A stretch of DNA of 32,000 bases from an uncultured Chloroflexia bacterium (lineage in GTDB: Bacteria > Chloroflexota > Ktedonobacteria > Ktedonobacterales > JADMIN01): the NCBI GenBank assembly GCA_963718915.1, contig CAVRAI010000013.1, positions 180,001 through 212,000 on the forward strand. Reading direction: 5' to 3'. Below the pieces are notes generated by a model that saw only the letters and a program-made list of their open reading frames with translations, was not told the origin of the DNA and ran no database searches. Positions 1 through 11,993 of this stretch are shown here, piece after piece. A program made the translations under genes and the position numbers. How positions within the stretch are numbered: the stretch's first letter is position 1; each line of letters begins with the position of its first letter.

Positions 1-1351
1 GCATCACCTGAGGCCCACGCACGACGATCTCCCCTGCCTCTCCCGGCGCGACGAATTCGCCACGCTCGTTGTCGAAGATGGCGCTGTCGGTGTTTGAGAG
101 CGGCAGGCCGATGGTTCCGATACGCCGGTCACCAAACACAGGATTACAGTGTGTCACGGGTGAGGCCTCAGTCAACCCATAACCTTCGACGACGCGAGCG
201 CCCGAGACCGCCTCAAACCGTGTCTGCACCTCCCTGGGCAGCGGCGCGGAGCCGCTTATGCAGACCTGGATCGAGCTGAGATCCTGCTTCGTCTTTTCCA
301 CCTCACGCGCGAGCGCCAGATACATGGTCGGCACGCCTGGGAAGAGATCGGGACGATATCTCTTGATCGCCTTCAGTGTATCTTTCACTGTGAAGCGCGG
401 CAGCAGCGCCATCGTCGAACCGCTGTAGATCGTCAGGTTCATGGCGACTGTTAGCCCGTAGACATGGAAGAACGGCGCGACACAGAGCGAGATGTGGCGC
501 GAGCCTGCGGGCAGGTCATTCCATGCCCAGCACTGCAACGCATTCGCCAGCAGGTTCCGGTGCGAGAGCTTCGCGCCTTTCGCCACGCCCGTGGTTCCGC
601 CGGTATATTGCAACACCGCGAGATCATCCGGCGCCGCTGGCTCAGGCAGGGCAAATACCTCGAACCCGTGACGCCCGTGCGACGGCCCGATGACATCCAG
701 GAACGTATGGCTGCCGGGCTGAGCGCGGAAGGCTTTCATATCAACCTTCGGCTTCCCACGCTGCTCGCGGGCCTGCGCAACTCTGTAGCCAAGCGCCAGA
801 AGCGGTGGGAAGTAGTCGGCGACATTCGCAAGGATGACATGCTCGACTGGGGTGCGTTCGCGAATAGGGGCAAACGCGGGGTAGAACTGATCGAGCATGA
901 CAATCACCCGCGCGCCCGAATCACTGAGTTGATGCTCCAGTTCAGGCGGAGTATAGAGCGGATTGGTCGGCACGACAACCGCCCCGGCCTTGAGCGCGCC
1001 ATAGAAGGCAATGGGGAACTGCGGCGTATTTGGTAGACAGATCGAGATGCGGTCGCCACGCCTGATGCCCAGCCGCACAAGCGCGCGGGCGAAGCGTTCG
1101 ATGAGCGAGGCCAGCTGGAGGTAGGTCAATCGCGTGCCGTAGTACTCGACGGCGATATTTGCCCCATATTTCCGCGCCGCCTCGTCGATCAACCACGTCA
1201 GCGGCTGCTCAGGGATACTGACCGTCGCGGGCACGCTTGCTGAGTAATGAGCCTGCCACGGGCGCTTCATATACGCTGAGAGAGCGTCATCGCTCGATCC
1301 TTTGCGCGCTGGCGCCTTCGTATGTGCCTGACGCTCGTCGTCCATTGCCAT
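1..1351 (-). CDS. AMP-dependent acyl-CoA synthetase / long-chain fatty-acid--CoA ligase (FadD-like). The N-terminal ~450 aa are present and the 3' end runs off the window.
   Basis: Not in the ORF track because there is no stop inside the window. Hand translation of the minus strand from ATG 1351-1349 gives MAMDDERQAHTKAP...YYGTRLTYLQLASLIERFARALVRLGIRRGDRISICLPNTPQF. It contains the AMP-binding signature LQYTGGTTGVAKGAKLSHRNL and the GYGLTEASPV motif. The frame stays open to position 1. Confidence 0.9.
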   Translation of the reverse strand, partial: MAMDDERQAHTKAPARKGSSDDALSAYMKRPWQAHYSASVPATVSIPEQPLTWLIDEAARKYGANIAVEYYGTRLTYLQLASLIERFARALVRLGIRRGDRISICLPNTPQFPIAFYGALKAGAVVVPTNPLYTPPELEHQLSDSGARVIVMLDQFYPAFAPIRERTPVEHVILANVADYFPPLLALGYRVAQAREQRGKPKVDMKAFRAQPGSHTFLDVIGPSHGRHGFEVFALPEPAAPDDLAVLQYTGGTTGVAKGAKLSHRNLLANALQCWAWNDLPAGSRHISLCVAPFFHVYGLTVAMNLTIYSGSTMALLPRFTVKDTLKAIKRYRPDLFPGVPTMYLALAREVEKTKQDLSSIQVCISGSAPLPREVQTRFEAVSGARVVEGYGLTEASPVTHCNPVFGDRRIGTIGLPLSNTDSAIFDNERGEFVAPGEAGEIVVRGPQVM

Positions 1352-1428
1352 AACACCTCTCTGTGGATCGGATTGTGGCGGCAATATAGGAGTTATTATA
1401 GAATTTGCGACGGGCGAATGGCGTGTAG

Positions 1429-1470
1429 CCAGCTAACGATTCAAATACGGTATACTAGACCCCAGCTAAC
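1429..1470. repeat. Two direct copies of CCAGCTAAC (1429-1437 and 1462-1470) flanking a TATACT -10-like hexamer (1451-1456). Candidate operator in the fadD / XRE-regulator divergent intergenic region.
   Basis: Read directly: gccagctaacgat ... tatact ... cccagctaacaac. Start-to-start spacing is 33 bp, about three helical turns. No function is demonstrated. Confidence 0.3.
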
Positions 1471-1507
1471 AACTTCGCGGTTGGGATTCAGGAAGGCGGT
1501 GTGACGC

Positions 1508-2326
1508 ATGCGAGTTCCACAGCCAGACCCGCTACAACTGCCAGCGAGCGCCGCGTTTGGCGATGTCGTCAGCTTTCTGCGGCGCAAGCATGGGCTGTCA
1601 CAGGGGCAGCTCGCACGTGCGGCGCGCCTTTCGCGCACATACATCTACCATCTGGAGACCGGCAAGCGCATTGCGCCATCGGTACGCTCCGTCAGGGCAA
1701 TTATGCGCGCGCTCGATCTGCATGGCGAAGATCGCCTGATGCTGGCGCAGGCGTTTGCGCATCTCACAGGTAGCTACCTGGATGATGAGAACGATACACT
1801 CGATCTGCTCGATCAGCGCGAGCTGGCGGCGCTGCTGGTGCGGAATAGCGCGTTCCCGGCGCATAGTCTCGACCGCCTCTGGCATATTAGCGCATGGAAT
1901 ACTCCCGCGCATGAACTGTTCGAGCTAAATCTCTCGCCCATGCCCGTCGAAAACACACAACTGCTCACTATCGTCTTCGATCCAAAGTATCGCGCGCGCT
2001 TTCGTCCCTGGGAAGAGCTGGCGCGGCGATTGCTGGCGGAGTTCAAGCACAACACGCGCTCGCTGACCTACCTGCCGGAATATCGGTCGCTTTGGCGCTC
2101 GCTACGGATGCTGCCTGACTTTCGTCGCATTGCCGACTCGTCCGACCCCGGATGGGGAACCCCCAGTTTCGTCTTTCAAATGCGGCACTCGCGACTTGGG
2201 TCGCTGGTGCTGCGGACATCTGTCACCGTTTTCAGTGGCACGTCAGACTACTCGATTGTCACATACGTTCCCGGCGATCAGCAGACATTGGCAACCTTCG
2301 CCGCGAACGGCTGGCAGGCGCAATAA
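1508..2326 (+). CDS. XRE-family helix-turn-helix transcriptional regulator with a MmyB-like C-terminal ligand-binding domain
   Basis: 272-aa ORF. N-terminal HTH: SFLRRKHGLSQGQLARAARLSRTYIYHLETGKR. The ~170-aa C-terminal part (NSAFPAHSLDRLWHISAWNTPAHELFEL...) resembles the MmyB-type sensory domain as I remember it. GGAAGG lies upstream of the ATG. Confidence 0.75.
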   Translation: MRVPQPDPLQLPASAAFGDVVSFLRRKHGLSQGQLARAARLSRTYIYHLETGKRIAPSVRSVRAIMRALDLHGEDRLMLAQAFAHLTGSYLDDENDTLDLLDQRELAALLVRNSAFPAHSLDRLWHISAWNTPAHELFELNLSPMPVENTQLLTIVFDPKYRARFRPWEELARRLLAEFKHNTRSLTYLPEYRSLWRSLRMLPDFRRIADSSDPGWGTPSFVFQMRHSRLGSLVLRTSVTVFSGTSDYSIVTYVPGDQQTLATFAANGWQAQ

Positions 2327-2355
2327 TCTGTGACACGTGCGCGTAAGTTTGTCGT

Positions 2356-3198
2356 ATGCTCAATCGTCGGAAGGAAGACCAGCCACAGATTTCGGCTATC
2401 CTGCGATGGAGAGCATGTCCCATGCTACAGCAGCCACCACAACGGCCTCATATGCGCAACGGTAGTCGGCGCAGGCGCATCGGTAGTATTGCCATGGCGA
2501 TAGCCGCGCTTGCCGCCATGCTTGTCGCGTGCGGGCCAGGCCCGAAGCCCGCGGCCATGATCCACCAGATCGCCAGCAGCCAGCACGATTTTACCTACGT
2601 AGCCATTGGCGCATCCGATGCCTTTGGTGTCGGCGCCGATGACCCTGACGAAGACAACTGGCCGACGGTGCTAACTCATCTGCTTGGCTCAGATACACAC
2701 CTGATCAATCTGGGCATTCCGGGCGAGACGGTGGCGGAGGCGCGGCAGACGGAACTGCCTATCGCCCTTGATGCAAAACCATCACTTGTGACCGTCTGGC
2801 TTGGCGTCAACGACATCGTGCAGTCGATCTCCGTCCAGGACTACGAATCGCAACTTGAGGCGCTACTGCGGTCGCTTCAACAGCAGACCCACGCCCATGT
2901 CTTCGTGGGCAACATACCTGATCTTTCCTTGCTCTCCTTCTTCGCGGGCTACGATCAGACGGCGCTTCGAGCGACGATCTCCTACTGGAACGCCGCCATC
3001 GCGCAGGCAGTGGCCGCCACGGGAGCATCCCTCGTGGATCTCTATGCTGGCTGGAATGAACTGGCGACCCACCCAGAGTACATCGCTGGCGACGGTCTTC
3101 ATCCCTCTACCGAAGGCGCAAAACGTCTGGCAGAAGTCTTCTTCTCGCGAATCAGACCACTACTTCCAGCACTCCGGACGGCAACGGGGGCGGCATGA
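2356..3198 (+). CDS. Secreted or lipoprotein SGNH/GDSL-family hydrolase (esterase/lipase)
   Basis: SGNH blocks are present: YVAIGASDAFGVG (block I Ser), VWLGVNDI (block III) and GDGLHPSTEGAKRLAE (block V DxxH). Signal/lipobox-like N-terminus IAALAAMLVACGPG. The true start may be an internal Met (2422 or 2452). The stop overlaps the next start as ATGA. Confidence 0.8.
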   Translation: MLNRRKEDQPQISAILRWRACPMLQQPPQRPHMRNGSRRRRIGSIAMAIAALAAMLVACGPGPKPAAMIHQIASSQHDFTYVAIGASDAFGVGADDPDEDNWPTVLTHLLGSDTHLINLGIPGETVAEARQTELPIALDAKPSLVTVWLGVNDIVQSISVQDYESQLEALLRSLQQQTHAHVFVGNIPDLSLLSFFAGYDQTALRATISYWNAAIAQAVAATGASLVDLYAGWNELATHPEYIAGDGLHPSTEGAKRLAEVFFSRIRPLLPALRTATGAA

Positions 3199-6100
3199 AC
3201 AGTGTCTTCGAGTTCTCGCCAGACTCCGTTGCCAGACCCCTGGCTATCGCGACGGCGCTTGTCGTACTGATGCTGATCTGGCAGGCGACACGCACGCCGC
3301 ATCTGCTCCGCATCGGGCTGCGCAATGTACCGCGCCGCAAATTGCGCACAGCGCTGGTCGTCTTCGGTCTGATGCTGGCAACCACCTTTGTCGCCTCAGC
3401 TATTGCCATTGACGACACTATTGTGCTCGCTGTCAAAAGTGTTGCGGTCTACAACCTCGGTCGCATCGACGAGCAGGTCGTCCGCCGCGGCGGCTCGATG
3501 GCTCCATTTTCAGCAGCATTTGGTGACGAGGTGCGCGATGCGCTCGCCGGTAATGGGCATGTGGCGGGGATTGCGCCCGCGCTGACGCTGTCGAATGTGC
3601 TGGTCGCCGATGAGAAGGCGCGCCAGGTGCGCGGTGGGGTCGCGGCGCTGGCCATCGATGACGTCGGCGCTGGCCCGCTCACGGCATTCAGCGATACGAG
3701 CACGGGCACGGCGATTCCACTCACCACTCTACATGATAATGAGATCTTGCTCAACCGCAGCACGGCGCAGCTTCTCAACGCACACACAGGCGATACCATC
3801 TATCTCTACTCGGATCGCTGGCCCGGTCACCGCTATACTTTCACCGTCGCTGGCGTTGTGACAGGAGGATTGCTTGGCGACGCGCCAACCATCCTGCTAA
3901 CGATGCCCGCGCTCTCAGGTTTGATGCAGGTAGGCGATGCGGTGAACGTCATCTATATCGCCAACTCAGGCAATGGGCTGACCGGCGTTGGTTTTAGCGA
4001 TGGCATCGCCGACACACTTCGCTACACACTGCCGGGCTTTCTGGCGGCGCATACCGTGAAGGCCGACGGAATAGCCCTCTCGCTACGCGCTCAGGATATC
4101 TTCGGGCGCATCCTGACCTTATTTACGCTGTTCGCCTTCGCTATTGGCCTGCTCCTCATCTTTCTCATCTTCTCCTTGCTGGCGGCTGAGCGTCGCGCTG
4201 AGTTGGGCATGGCGCGCGCTGTTGGGATGCGGCGCTCGCATGTGGTCATCATGCTGCTCTTCGAGGGCGCGGCGTACGACGTCACCGCCGCGGTGCTGGG
4301 CATTGCGTCTGGGCTTGGCCTGGGCATCCTGATCGTCGCACTTGTCAGCCCCATCATCGCGCGACTGGGCTTTCCACTCCACTTTGACATACAACCCGGC
4401 GGAATGGTGACCGCATTCTGCCTGGGCGCGCTCTTCACCCTCGCGACGATTCTGCTGGCCGCCTGGAATATCAGCAGGATGTCCGTCGCATCGGCCCTGC
4501 GCGACCTACCAGAGCCACCAGCGCCTCATCCTGGCCTCATCACTCTGGCGCGACAGGCATTCGCGAGTATCACTCGCTCAAGCGCTCCAACTGGCAATCG
4601 GCTGCTCGTGTGGAGCAAGCTACTGGAAGGCACATTCACGACTGGCGTTGTGCCGATCCTTGCAGGTATCATCTTGCTCCGCTCCGCCGTCGGAACCTTC
4701 GATGGGCTGCTCTTCGCCATTAGCCTCTCGGTCACTGCTATTGGACTGGTGTTATTCTTGCGCTGGATCATCCTGGCAATAATCGCACAGGTGTCTCTCT
4801 GGCGCGCGCCAGCCACGGCAGCAGGCGCCTTGAACCACGCTACCGAGCGCTCGGAGCGGCTCGCGGCGCTGGCAATTGGCGGCGGACTTGCGCTTTACTG
4901 GTCGCTGCCGTTTGATGCACTGCAACGTCTGGGGGTGCCGCGTTTTACCGGCGGTATTCCGCTCGTTTTTGTCGCTGGAATGATGATGGTCTTCGGCGCG
5001 GTCATCGCGATAGCCCCCAACCTCGACCTGTTGCTCAAGCCAGTCTCCTGGCTGCTCACCCAGGGCGGACGTCTGCGGCATGTCACTGCGGTCGCACTGC
5101 TCTATCCAGCATTTCACCGCTTTCGCACAGGAATAGGGCTTGCGCTTTTCTCGCTCGTCTGCTTCACCATGATCGTAATGGCCTGCATCGCCGCCTCAAC
5201 TACGAAGAACTACGATAATGTCACACAACAAGCGTCAGGCTATGATATTGCCGGTCAGCCGCTTTTCCGACCAGTCGGCGGTATCAACGGGCTCTCGCGC
5301 GACTTGCGCGACAATGCGCCTTCCACCTTTGGTGCGATGGACGCGATCAGTTCGGCGACGCCAGTACCACTGGGCGTGATTCAGCCTGGCGCGCCTAACG
5401 CTGGGTGGCGCGTCTATCCCGCGTCGCAGATCGACGGCGCCTTCCTCGATGGCACAGGGCTACCACTGGCAGCCCGCGCGCAAGGATACGCCTCAGACGC
5501 AGACGTCTGGCGCGCTGTCAAAACCCATCCCGGCGACGTGGTCATCGATGCCAGCGCACTCAGCCCGCAGGATCTTGCTACGCTGGGGTTGGGCACGCCC
5601 GCACCGGTGAGCGCATCTCAATTTCTAGGCCCGCCTCTCGCTGCGGGTCTTCCGGGCCTTTCGAGCCTTGAAGCGCTTAACCAGCCCGCGCAGGGCGCCA
5701 CCGCAGAGGGCGGGTTTTCCGCTATCGCCCTGCTAGCCAGCGATCCGTCACTCGTGAGCCAGTATCACATACGCCTGCGCGACATCGCGCTGCGGCCAGG
5801 AATCATCGTCCCTACCACGCTTTGGGTTGGTGACCTGCGCGGGCAGTCGGTTAACAAGGTGAGAGTCATTGGCGTGGTCAACAACGTTCACGCCCAAATC
5901 TATGGACTACTCGGTTCGCCAGCTACCTTCGCGCCGATCGAGCGCGGCCTACCACCTTTTGGGAATGAATACTTCTACTTCAGTGTTCATCCTGGCGTGG
6001 ATCCCCATAGCGAGTCGATTGCGCTGGGTTCCGCCCTGCTGGATAACGGCTTCGAGACGACCGTGCTCCAGGATGTGCTGCTCGATGTGAATGGACCACA

Positions 6101-6512
6101 GGTCTTTATTAGCCATGTTCTCGTTGGACTGGTTGGATTGACATTGTTGGTAGGCATGGCGGCGCTGGCGGTCACCGGCTCGCGGGCGGTGGTCGAACGC
6201 CGTCAACAGATCGGCATGTTGCGGGCGCTGGGATTCAGACGCTCACATGTGCAGGTGATGTTCTTTATCGAATCGTTGCTCATCGGGGTCGTGAGCTCCG
6301 GACTGGGACTCACGCTTGGTCTGATACTCTGCCGCAATCTCTTTGCGGTGGACTTCTTCGCCGCCATCACGACGAATCTGGCACTGGTCGTGCCGTGGGG
6401 AGAACTGGCGCTTATCTGTGGCGCGGCTATTGCGGCGTCAGCCGTGGCGGCGCTGATTCCCGCCTGGCAAGCTGGTCGTATCGCGCCTGCCGACGCACTA
6501 CGCTATGAATGA
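3195..6512 (+). CDS. ABC transporter permease, FtsX/MacB family, with a duplicated FtsX domain and two large extracytoplasmic regions (1105 aa)
   Basis: N-terminus LRIGLRNVPRRKLRTALVVFGLML is typical of FtsX-type permeases. Two FtsX-like modules: AAERRAELGMARAVGMRRSHVVIMLLFEGAAY and VVERRQQIGMLRALGFRRSHVQVMFFIESLLIG. Each is followed by hydrophobic helices. Confidence 0.85.
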   Translation: MNSVFEFSPDSVARPLAIATALVVLMLIWQATRTPHLLRIGLRNVPRRKLRTALVVFGLMLATTFVASAIAIDDTIVLAVKSVAVYNLGRIDEQVVRRGGSMAPFSAAFGDEVRDALAGNGHVAGIAPALTLSNVLVADEKARQVRGGVAALAIDDVGAGPLTAFSDTSTGTAIPLTTLHDNEILLNRSTAQLLNAHTGDTIYLYSDRWPGHRYTFTVAGVVTGGLLGDAPTILLTMPALSGLMQVGDAVNVIYIANSGNGLTGVGFSDGIADTLRYTLPGFLAAHTVKADGIALSLRAQDIFGRILTLFTLFAFAIGLLLIFLIFSLLAAERRAELGMARAVGMRRSHVVIMLLFEGAAYDVTAAVLGIASGLGLGILIVALVSPIIARLGFPLHFDIQPGGMVTAFCLGALFTLATILLAAWNISRMSVASALRDLPEPPAPHPGLITLARQAFASITRSSAPTGNRLLVWSKLLEGTFTTGVVPILAGIILLRSAVGTFDGLLFAISLSVTAIGLVLFLRWIILAIIAQVSLWRAPATAAGALNHATERSERLAALAIGGGLALYWSLPFDALQRLGVPRFTGGIPLVFVAGMMMVFGAVIAIAPNLDLLLKPVSWLLTQGGRLRHVTAVALLYPAFHRFRTGIGLALFSLVCFTMIVMACIAASTTKNYDNVTQQASGYDIAGQPLFRPVGGINGLSRDLRDNAPSTFGAMDAISSATPVPLGVIQPGAPNAGWRVYPASQIDGAFLDGTGLPLAARAQGYASDADVWRAVKTHPGDVVIDASALSPQDLATLGLGTPAPVSASQFLGPPLAAGLPGLSSLEALNQPAQGATAEGGFSAIALLASDPSLVSQYHIRLRDIALRPGIIVPTTLWVGDLRGQSVNKVRVIGVVNNVHAQIYGLLGSPATFAPIERGLPPFGNEYFYFSVHPGVDPHSESIALGSALLDNGFETTVLQDVLLDVNGPQVFISHVLVGLVGLTLLVGMAALAVTGSRAVVERRQQIGMLRALGFRRSHVQVMFFIESLLIGVVSSGLGLTLGLILCRNLFAVDFFAAITTNLALVVPWGELALICGAAIAASAVAALIPAWQAGRIAPADALRYE

Positions 6513-6550
6513 AGAAACGCCGTCATCCCAGATAGCTCACGGAGGTTTTT

Positions 6551-7288
6551 GTGGCCCTGCATCAACACCAACCAGCGACATCACTCCCTGGCTCAACGGA
6601 CATAGATGGGCCAATTGCCACAGCGAGGCGCATCAGCAAACTATACCGCGCGCATGGCGTCGAGGTACCCGCGCTGGTAGACGTGAGCCTGGAAATTCGC
6701 CAGGGTGAGATGGTTGCGATTATGGGGCCGAGTGGTTGCGGCAAGACCACCCTGCTGAACTGCCTGGCGGGTCTGGATACGATAGACAGCGGCCAGATTG
6801 CGATCAGCGGACATGATCTCGCGACAATGCGCGATAGCCAGCGTACCGATTTTCGTGCGAAGACGATGGGGTTCATTTTTCAGAGCTTCAATCTGCTGCC
6901 TGTCCTGACGGCGCTTGAAAACGTCGAACTCCCGTTGCTGGTGTTGCGCGAACGGCCGCACATCGCGCGCAGAAGAGCGCGAGAGATGCTAGCAGCGGTG
7001 GGGCTATCCAACCGTGAGCGCCATCGACCAGCCGAGCTCTCCGGCGGCCAGCAGCAGCGAGTGACGATTGCGCGCGCCCTGGTGAACGATCCAGCGATTG
7101 TCTGGGCCGACGAACCCACCGGCAATCTTGACAGCGAGGCCGCGCATGAAATCATGTCGCTGATGTCTGAGCTGAACCGGACGCGCAGGCAAACGTTTGT
7201 GATCGTGACACACGCAACTGAAATTGGCGCGCGGGCGCATCGCATCCTGACTATGCGCGACGGTAGAATAAAGCAACAAGAAGAGTGA
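6551..7288 (+). CDS. ABC transporter ATP-binding protein (MacB/LolD-like partner of the FtsX permease)
   Basis: Walker [17 protein letters not shown], signature [15 protein letters not shown], Walker [18 protein letters not shown] lies 5 nt upstream of the GTG start. Confidence 0.92.
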   Translation: MALHQHQPATSLPGSTDIDGPIATARRISKLYRAHGVEVPALVDVSLEIRQGEMVAIMGPSGCGKTTLLNCLAGLDTIDSGQIAISGHDLATMRDSQRTDFRAKTMGFIFQSFNLLPVLTALENVELPLLVLRERPHIARRRAREMLAAVGLSNRERHRPAELSGGQQQRVTIARALVNDPAIVWADEPTGNLDSEAAHEIMSLMSELNRTRRQTFVIVTHATEIGARAHRILTMRDGRIKQQEE

Positions 7289-7313
7289 TATTTCTCCCGG
7301 AAGGAACAACAAT

Positions 7314-9506
7314 ATGAGTGACAGCGACGAGACGCTCATCACCCCAGAGGCGTCTGAAGTCCTTTCTGAAGTCCTTAATGCAGCGGAATCCAACGACGAT
7401 AGCCAGGATTCAGGGCATGCGCACGTCAATCGCCTCATCCATGAAACCAGCCCATACTTACTCCAACATGCGCATAATCCTGTAGATTGGTATCCATGGG
7501 GCGATGAGGCGCTCGCCAGGGCCAAAGACGAAGATAAGCCAATCTTGCTTAGCGTCGGTTATTCCGCCTGCCACTGGTGTCACCGACTGCGGGAGGAATC
7601 GTTCGAGAACGAGGATACCGCGATGCTGATGAACAGCCTCTTCGTCAGCATCAAGGTGGATCGCGAAGAGCGGCCCGATCTCGACGCGCTCTACATGGAC
7701 GCGGTTCAGGCGCTGACTGGGAGTGGCGGCTGGCCGATGACCGTTTTCCTGACCCCCGATGGCGCGCCGTTCTATGCGGGCACCTACTTCCCACCCGAGG
7801 ATCGTTACGGCATGCCCGGGTTTCCCACGGTCTTGCGCCGTCTTGCTTACTACTACTCGTCCCATCGCGACGAGGTCGAGCAGCAGGCAGAGGCATTTCG
7901 CGACTTCTATCGCGAACGCGACCAGAGTAGGCTGCGTCTTCCTGATGGCGTGCTGCCCAACCAGGCCAGCGTCGGCATCGATGATCTGAGCCAGGCAACA
8001 GCTCACCTGCTGGATCGCGCTGATACCACAAACGGCGGTTTCGGCGGCGCACCCAAGTTTCCGCATCCCATGAACCTGGAATATTTGCTACGCCAAGCGT
8101 CACGCGCAACTGGCGCTGAAGCCGACGCGATACTCGCTCCCGTGCGCCAGACACTCGATATCATGGCGGCGGGCGGCATCTACGACCAGATCGGTGGCGG
8201 CTTCCACCGCTACGCGACCGATGCCATCTGGCTCGTGCCGCACTTCGAGAAGATGCTCTACGATAATGCGCTGCTTGCCTCCGTTTATCTCCACGCCTGG
8301 CAGTTGACCGGAGAGGCGTCGTATCGCCGTATCAGCGAAGAGACCCTTGACTACGTGTTGCGTGAGATGACCGACACCGCCGGAGGTTTTTACTCCACTC
8401 AGGATGCCGATAGCGAAGGCGTTGAGGGTAAGTTCTACGTCTGGACTCCCGCCGAAGTGCGTAATGCCCTTGGCGATGCCGACGCTCACATCGTCGAAAA
8501 GCTCTGGGGCGTTACCGAGACCGGCAACTTCGAGGGACACACCATCCTGCATTGCGCGAAGACCCTGGCTGAGGTAGCCACCGAACTGGATCTTGCAGAA
8601 GACCAAGTGCGCGAAGCCCTTGCTCGGGCACGCACCCAACTGTATGAGGCACGACGTCAGCGTGTGGCGCCCTCGCGGGATGACAAAGTGCTCACCGCCT
8701 GGAATGGTCTGATGCAGCGAGCATTCGCCGAAGCTGGCCGCATCCTCGACCGACAGGATTATCGCGACGCTGCGGTCGCCAATGCCCGATTCCTGCTCGA
8801 GACCATGCATACTGATGGCAACCTTCTGCGTAGCTGGCGCAACGGCCAGGCTCGGATTCCTGCCTACCTCGAAGATTATGCCGCGCTCGCGAGCGCGCTG
8901 CTCTCCACCTACGAAACGACCGGTAATGTCAGATTCTTTAGCGAGGCACGATCACTCGCCGATGAGGGATTGACACGTTTTTGGGACGATCAGATCGAGA
9001 CTTTCTTCGATACCGCATCCGATCACGAGCAGTTAATTGGCCGTCCGCGCGAACTCACCGACAACGCGACTCCTTCCGGCATAAGCCTGATGGCGGAGGC
9101 GCTCCTGCGACTGGCAGCATTCACAGGTGAGCACAGGTACCGCGACTACGCCGCGCGCGTACTGGCGCCGCTCGTCCCTGATATGCTCAAACAACCGCTG
9201 GCCTTCGGGCATCTGCTCTGCGCCCTGGATGATTTTGTTGGACCGATGGATGAGGTGGCGATTGTGGGCAAGCAGGACGCCGAGGGAGCGCGCACCCTGC
9301 TCAACGTAGCGCGTCACGTCTACCATCCGCGCATGGTACTGGCACAGGGGTATCCTGATGACGCGGACGCTCAGGCGGCTGTACCTCTACTCGCAAACCG
9401 CCCTCTTGTGGACGATCAGCCGACGGCGTATGTCTGTCGCGGATTCGTTTGCAATCAGCCAGTCACCCAGCCCGACGAGTTGTTGCTCCAGTTGAGCGCG
9501 CCATAG
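7314..9506 (+). CDS. Thioredoxin-domain protein of the DUF255 / YyaL family (thioredoxin-like N-domain plus six-hairpin, N-acylglucosamine-epimerase-like domain)
   Basis: [47 protein letters not shown] is the characteristic DUF255 N-terminus. 730 aa, a typical family length. Starts 25 nt after the ABC ATPase gene. Confidence 0.85.
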   Translation: MSDSDETLITPEASEVLSEVLNAAESNDDSQDSGHAHVNRLIHETSPYLLQHAHNPVDWYPWGDEALARAKDEDKPILLSVGYSACHWCHRLREESFENEDTAMLMNSLFVSIKVDREERPDLDALYMDAVQALTGSGGWPMTVFLTPDGAPFYAGTYFPPEDRYGMPGFPTVLRRLAYYYSSHRDEVEQQAEAFRDFYRERDQSRLRLPDGVLPNQASVGIDDLSQATAHLLDRADTTNGGFGGAPKFPHPMNLEYLLRQASRATGAEADAILAPVRQTLDIMAAGGIYDQIGGGFHRYATDAIWLVPHFEKMLYDNALLASVYLHAWQLTGEASYRRISEETLDYVLREMTDTAGGFYSTQDADSEGVEGKFYVWTPAEVRNALGDADAHIVEKLWGVTETGNFEGHTILHCAKTLAEVATELDLAEDQVREALARARTQLYEARRQRVAPSRDDKVLTAWNGLMQRAFAEAGRILDRQDYRDAAVANARFLLETMHTDGNLLRSWRNGQARIPAYLEDYAALASALLSTYETTGNVRFFSEARSLADEGLTRFWDDQIETFFDTASDHEQLIGRPRELTDNATPSGISLMAEALLRLAAFTGEHRYRDYAARVLAPLVPDMLKQPLAFGHLLCALDDFVGPMDEVAIVGKQDAEGARTLLNVARHVYHPRMVLAQGYPDDADAQAAVPLLANRPLVDDQPTAYVCRGFVCNQPVTQPDELLLQLSAP

Positions 9507-9529
9507 AACACACGCAAACACAAGCTACC

Positions 9530-9570
9530 ACACGGTGATGCAAGGTCGTTTTGTCCTCATCACCGTTTTT
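9530..9570 (+). terminator. Rho-independent terminator after the DUF255 gene
   Basis: Perfect 9-bp stem ACGGTGATG (9530-9538) / CATCACCGT (9556-9564), followed by a T-run (9564-9569) that overlaps the last stem T. Confidence 0.7.
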
Positions 9571-9700
9571 TGTTGCTCGCTGAAGAACTACTCCCTGACT
9601 ACATCTAACCACCCACACGTACCAGTCAGTCGCAAAGCGCTGATCCGGTATTTTATGGGCAATCAAGGGTACTACTGACCTTTCGGAAAGCCCTGAAATG

Positions 9701-9709
9701 TGATAGAAT
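9701..9709 (+). promoter_or_regulatory. Candidate extended -10 promoter element (TGaTAGAAT) upstream of gyrB
   Basis: tgatagaat read at 9701-9709. No convincing -35. Would imply a gyrB leader of about 230 nt. Weak. Confidence 0.25.
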
Positions 9710-9931
9710 TACTAGGTGGAGTACATACGGATGGAGAGTGTTGCAGTCGTGAATTCATCAACCATTTTACACGAGGTAAATTGCCTGCGACCACCTCTCA
9801 TGACCACCCTCACAACCACAACCGCTCCGCGTTGTCGCGTTCTTGACCTGCCATCGAAAAACTCTGTCGCTGGTCGGCTCTGCCCGGCATCAGGAAGCTT
9901 TGAATGCTTTATGTAAAGAAAAGACAGGTAG

Positions 9932-11908
<1,977 letters not shown>

Positions 11909-11925
11909 TTACCCTTACCCTGCGA

Positions 11926-11959
11926 GTCGGCCCCTGTTTTTTCAGGGGTCGGCTTTTTT
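11926..11959 (+). terminator. Rho-independent terminator after gyrB
   Basis: GTCGGCCCCTG / CAGGGGTCGGC stem (11 bp including 2 G-U pairs), TTTTTT loop, then a TTTTTT tail (11954-11959). Confidence 0.8.
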
Positions 11960-11993
11960 CGTCTATTCTGCCTGACTGCACACGCGAATACTC

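Noticed and set aside
9716-9916. 66-aa ORF upstream of gyrB with a Thr-rich run (MTTLTTTTAPR), considered as an attenuation leader peptide.
   Set aside because: Its codon usage is A/T-ending, unlike the surrounding genes. No terminator/antiterminator follows it, and there is no biological logic for Thr attenuation of gyrB.
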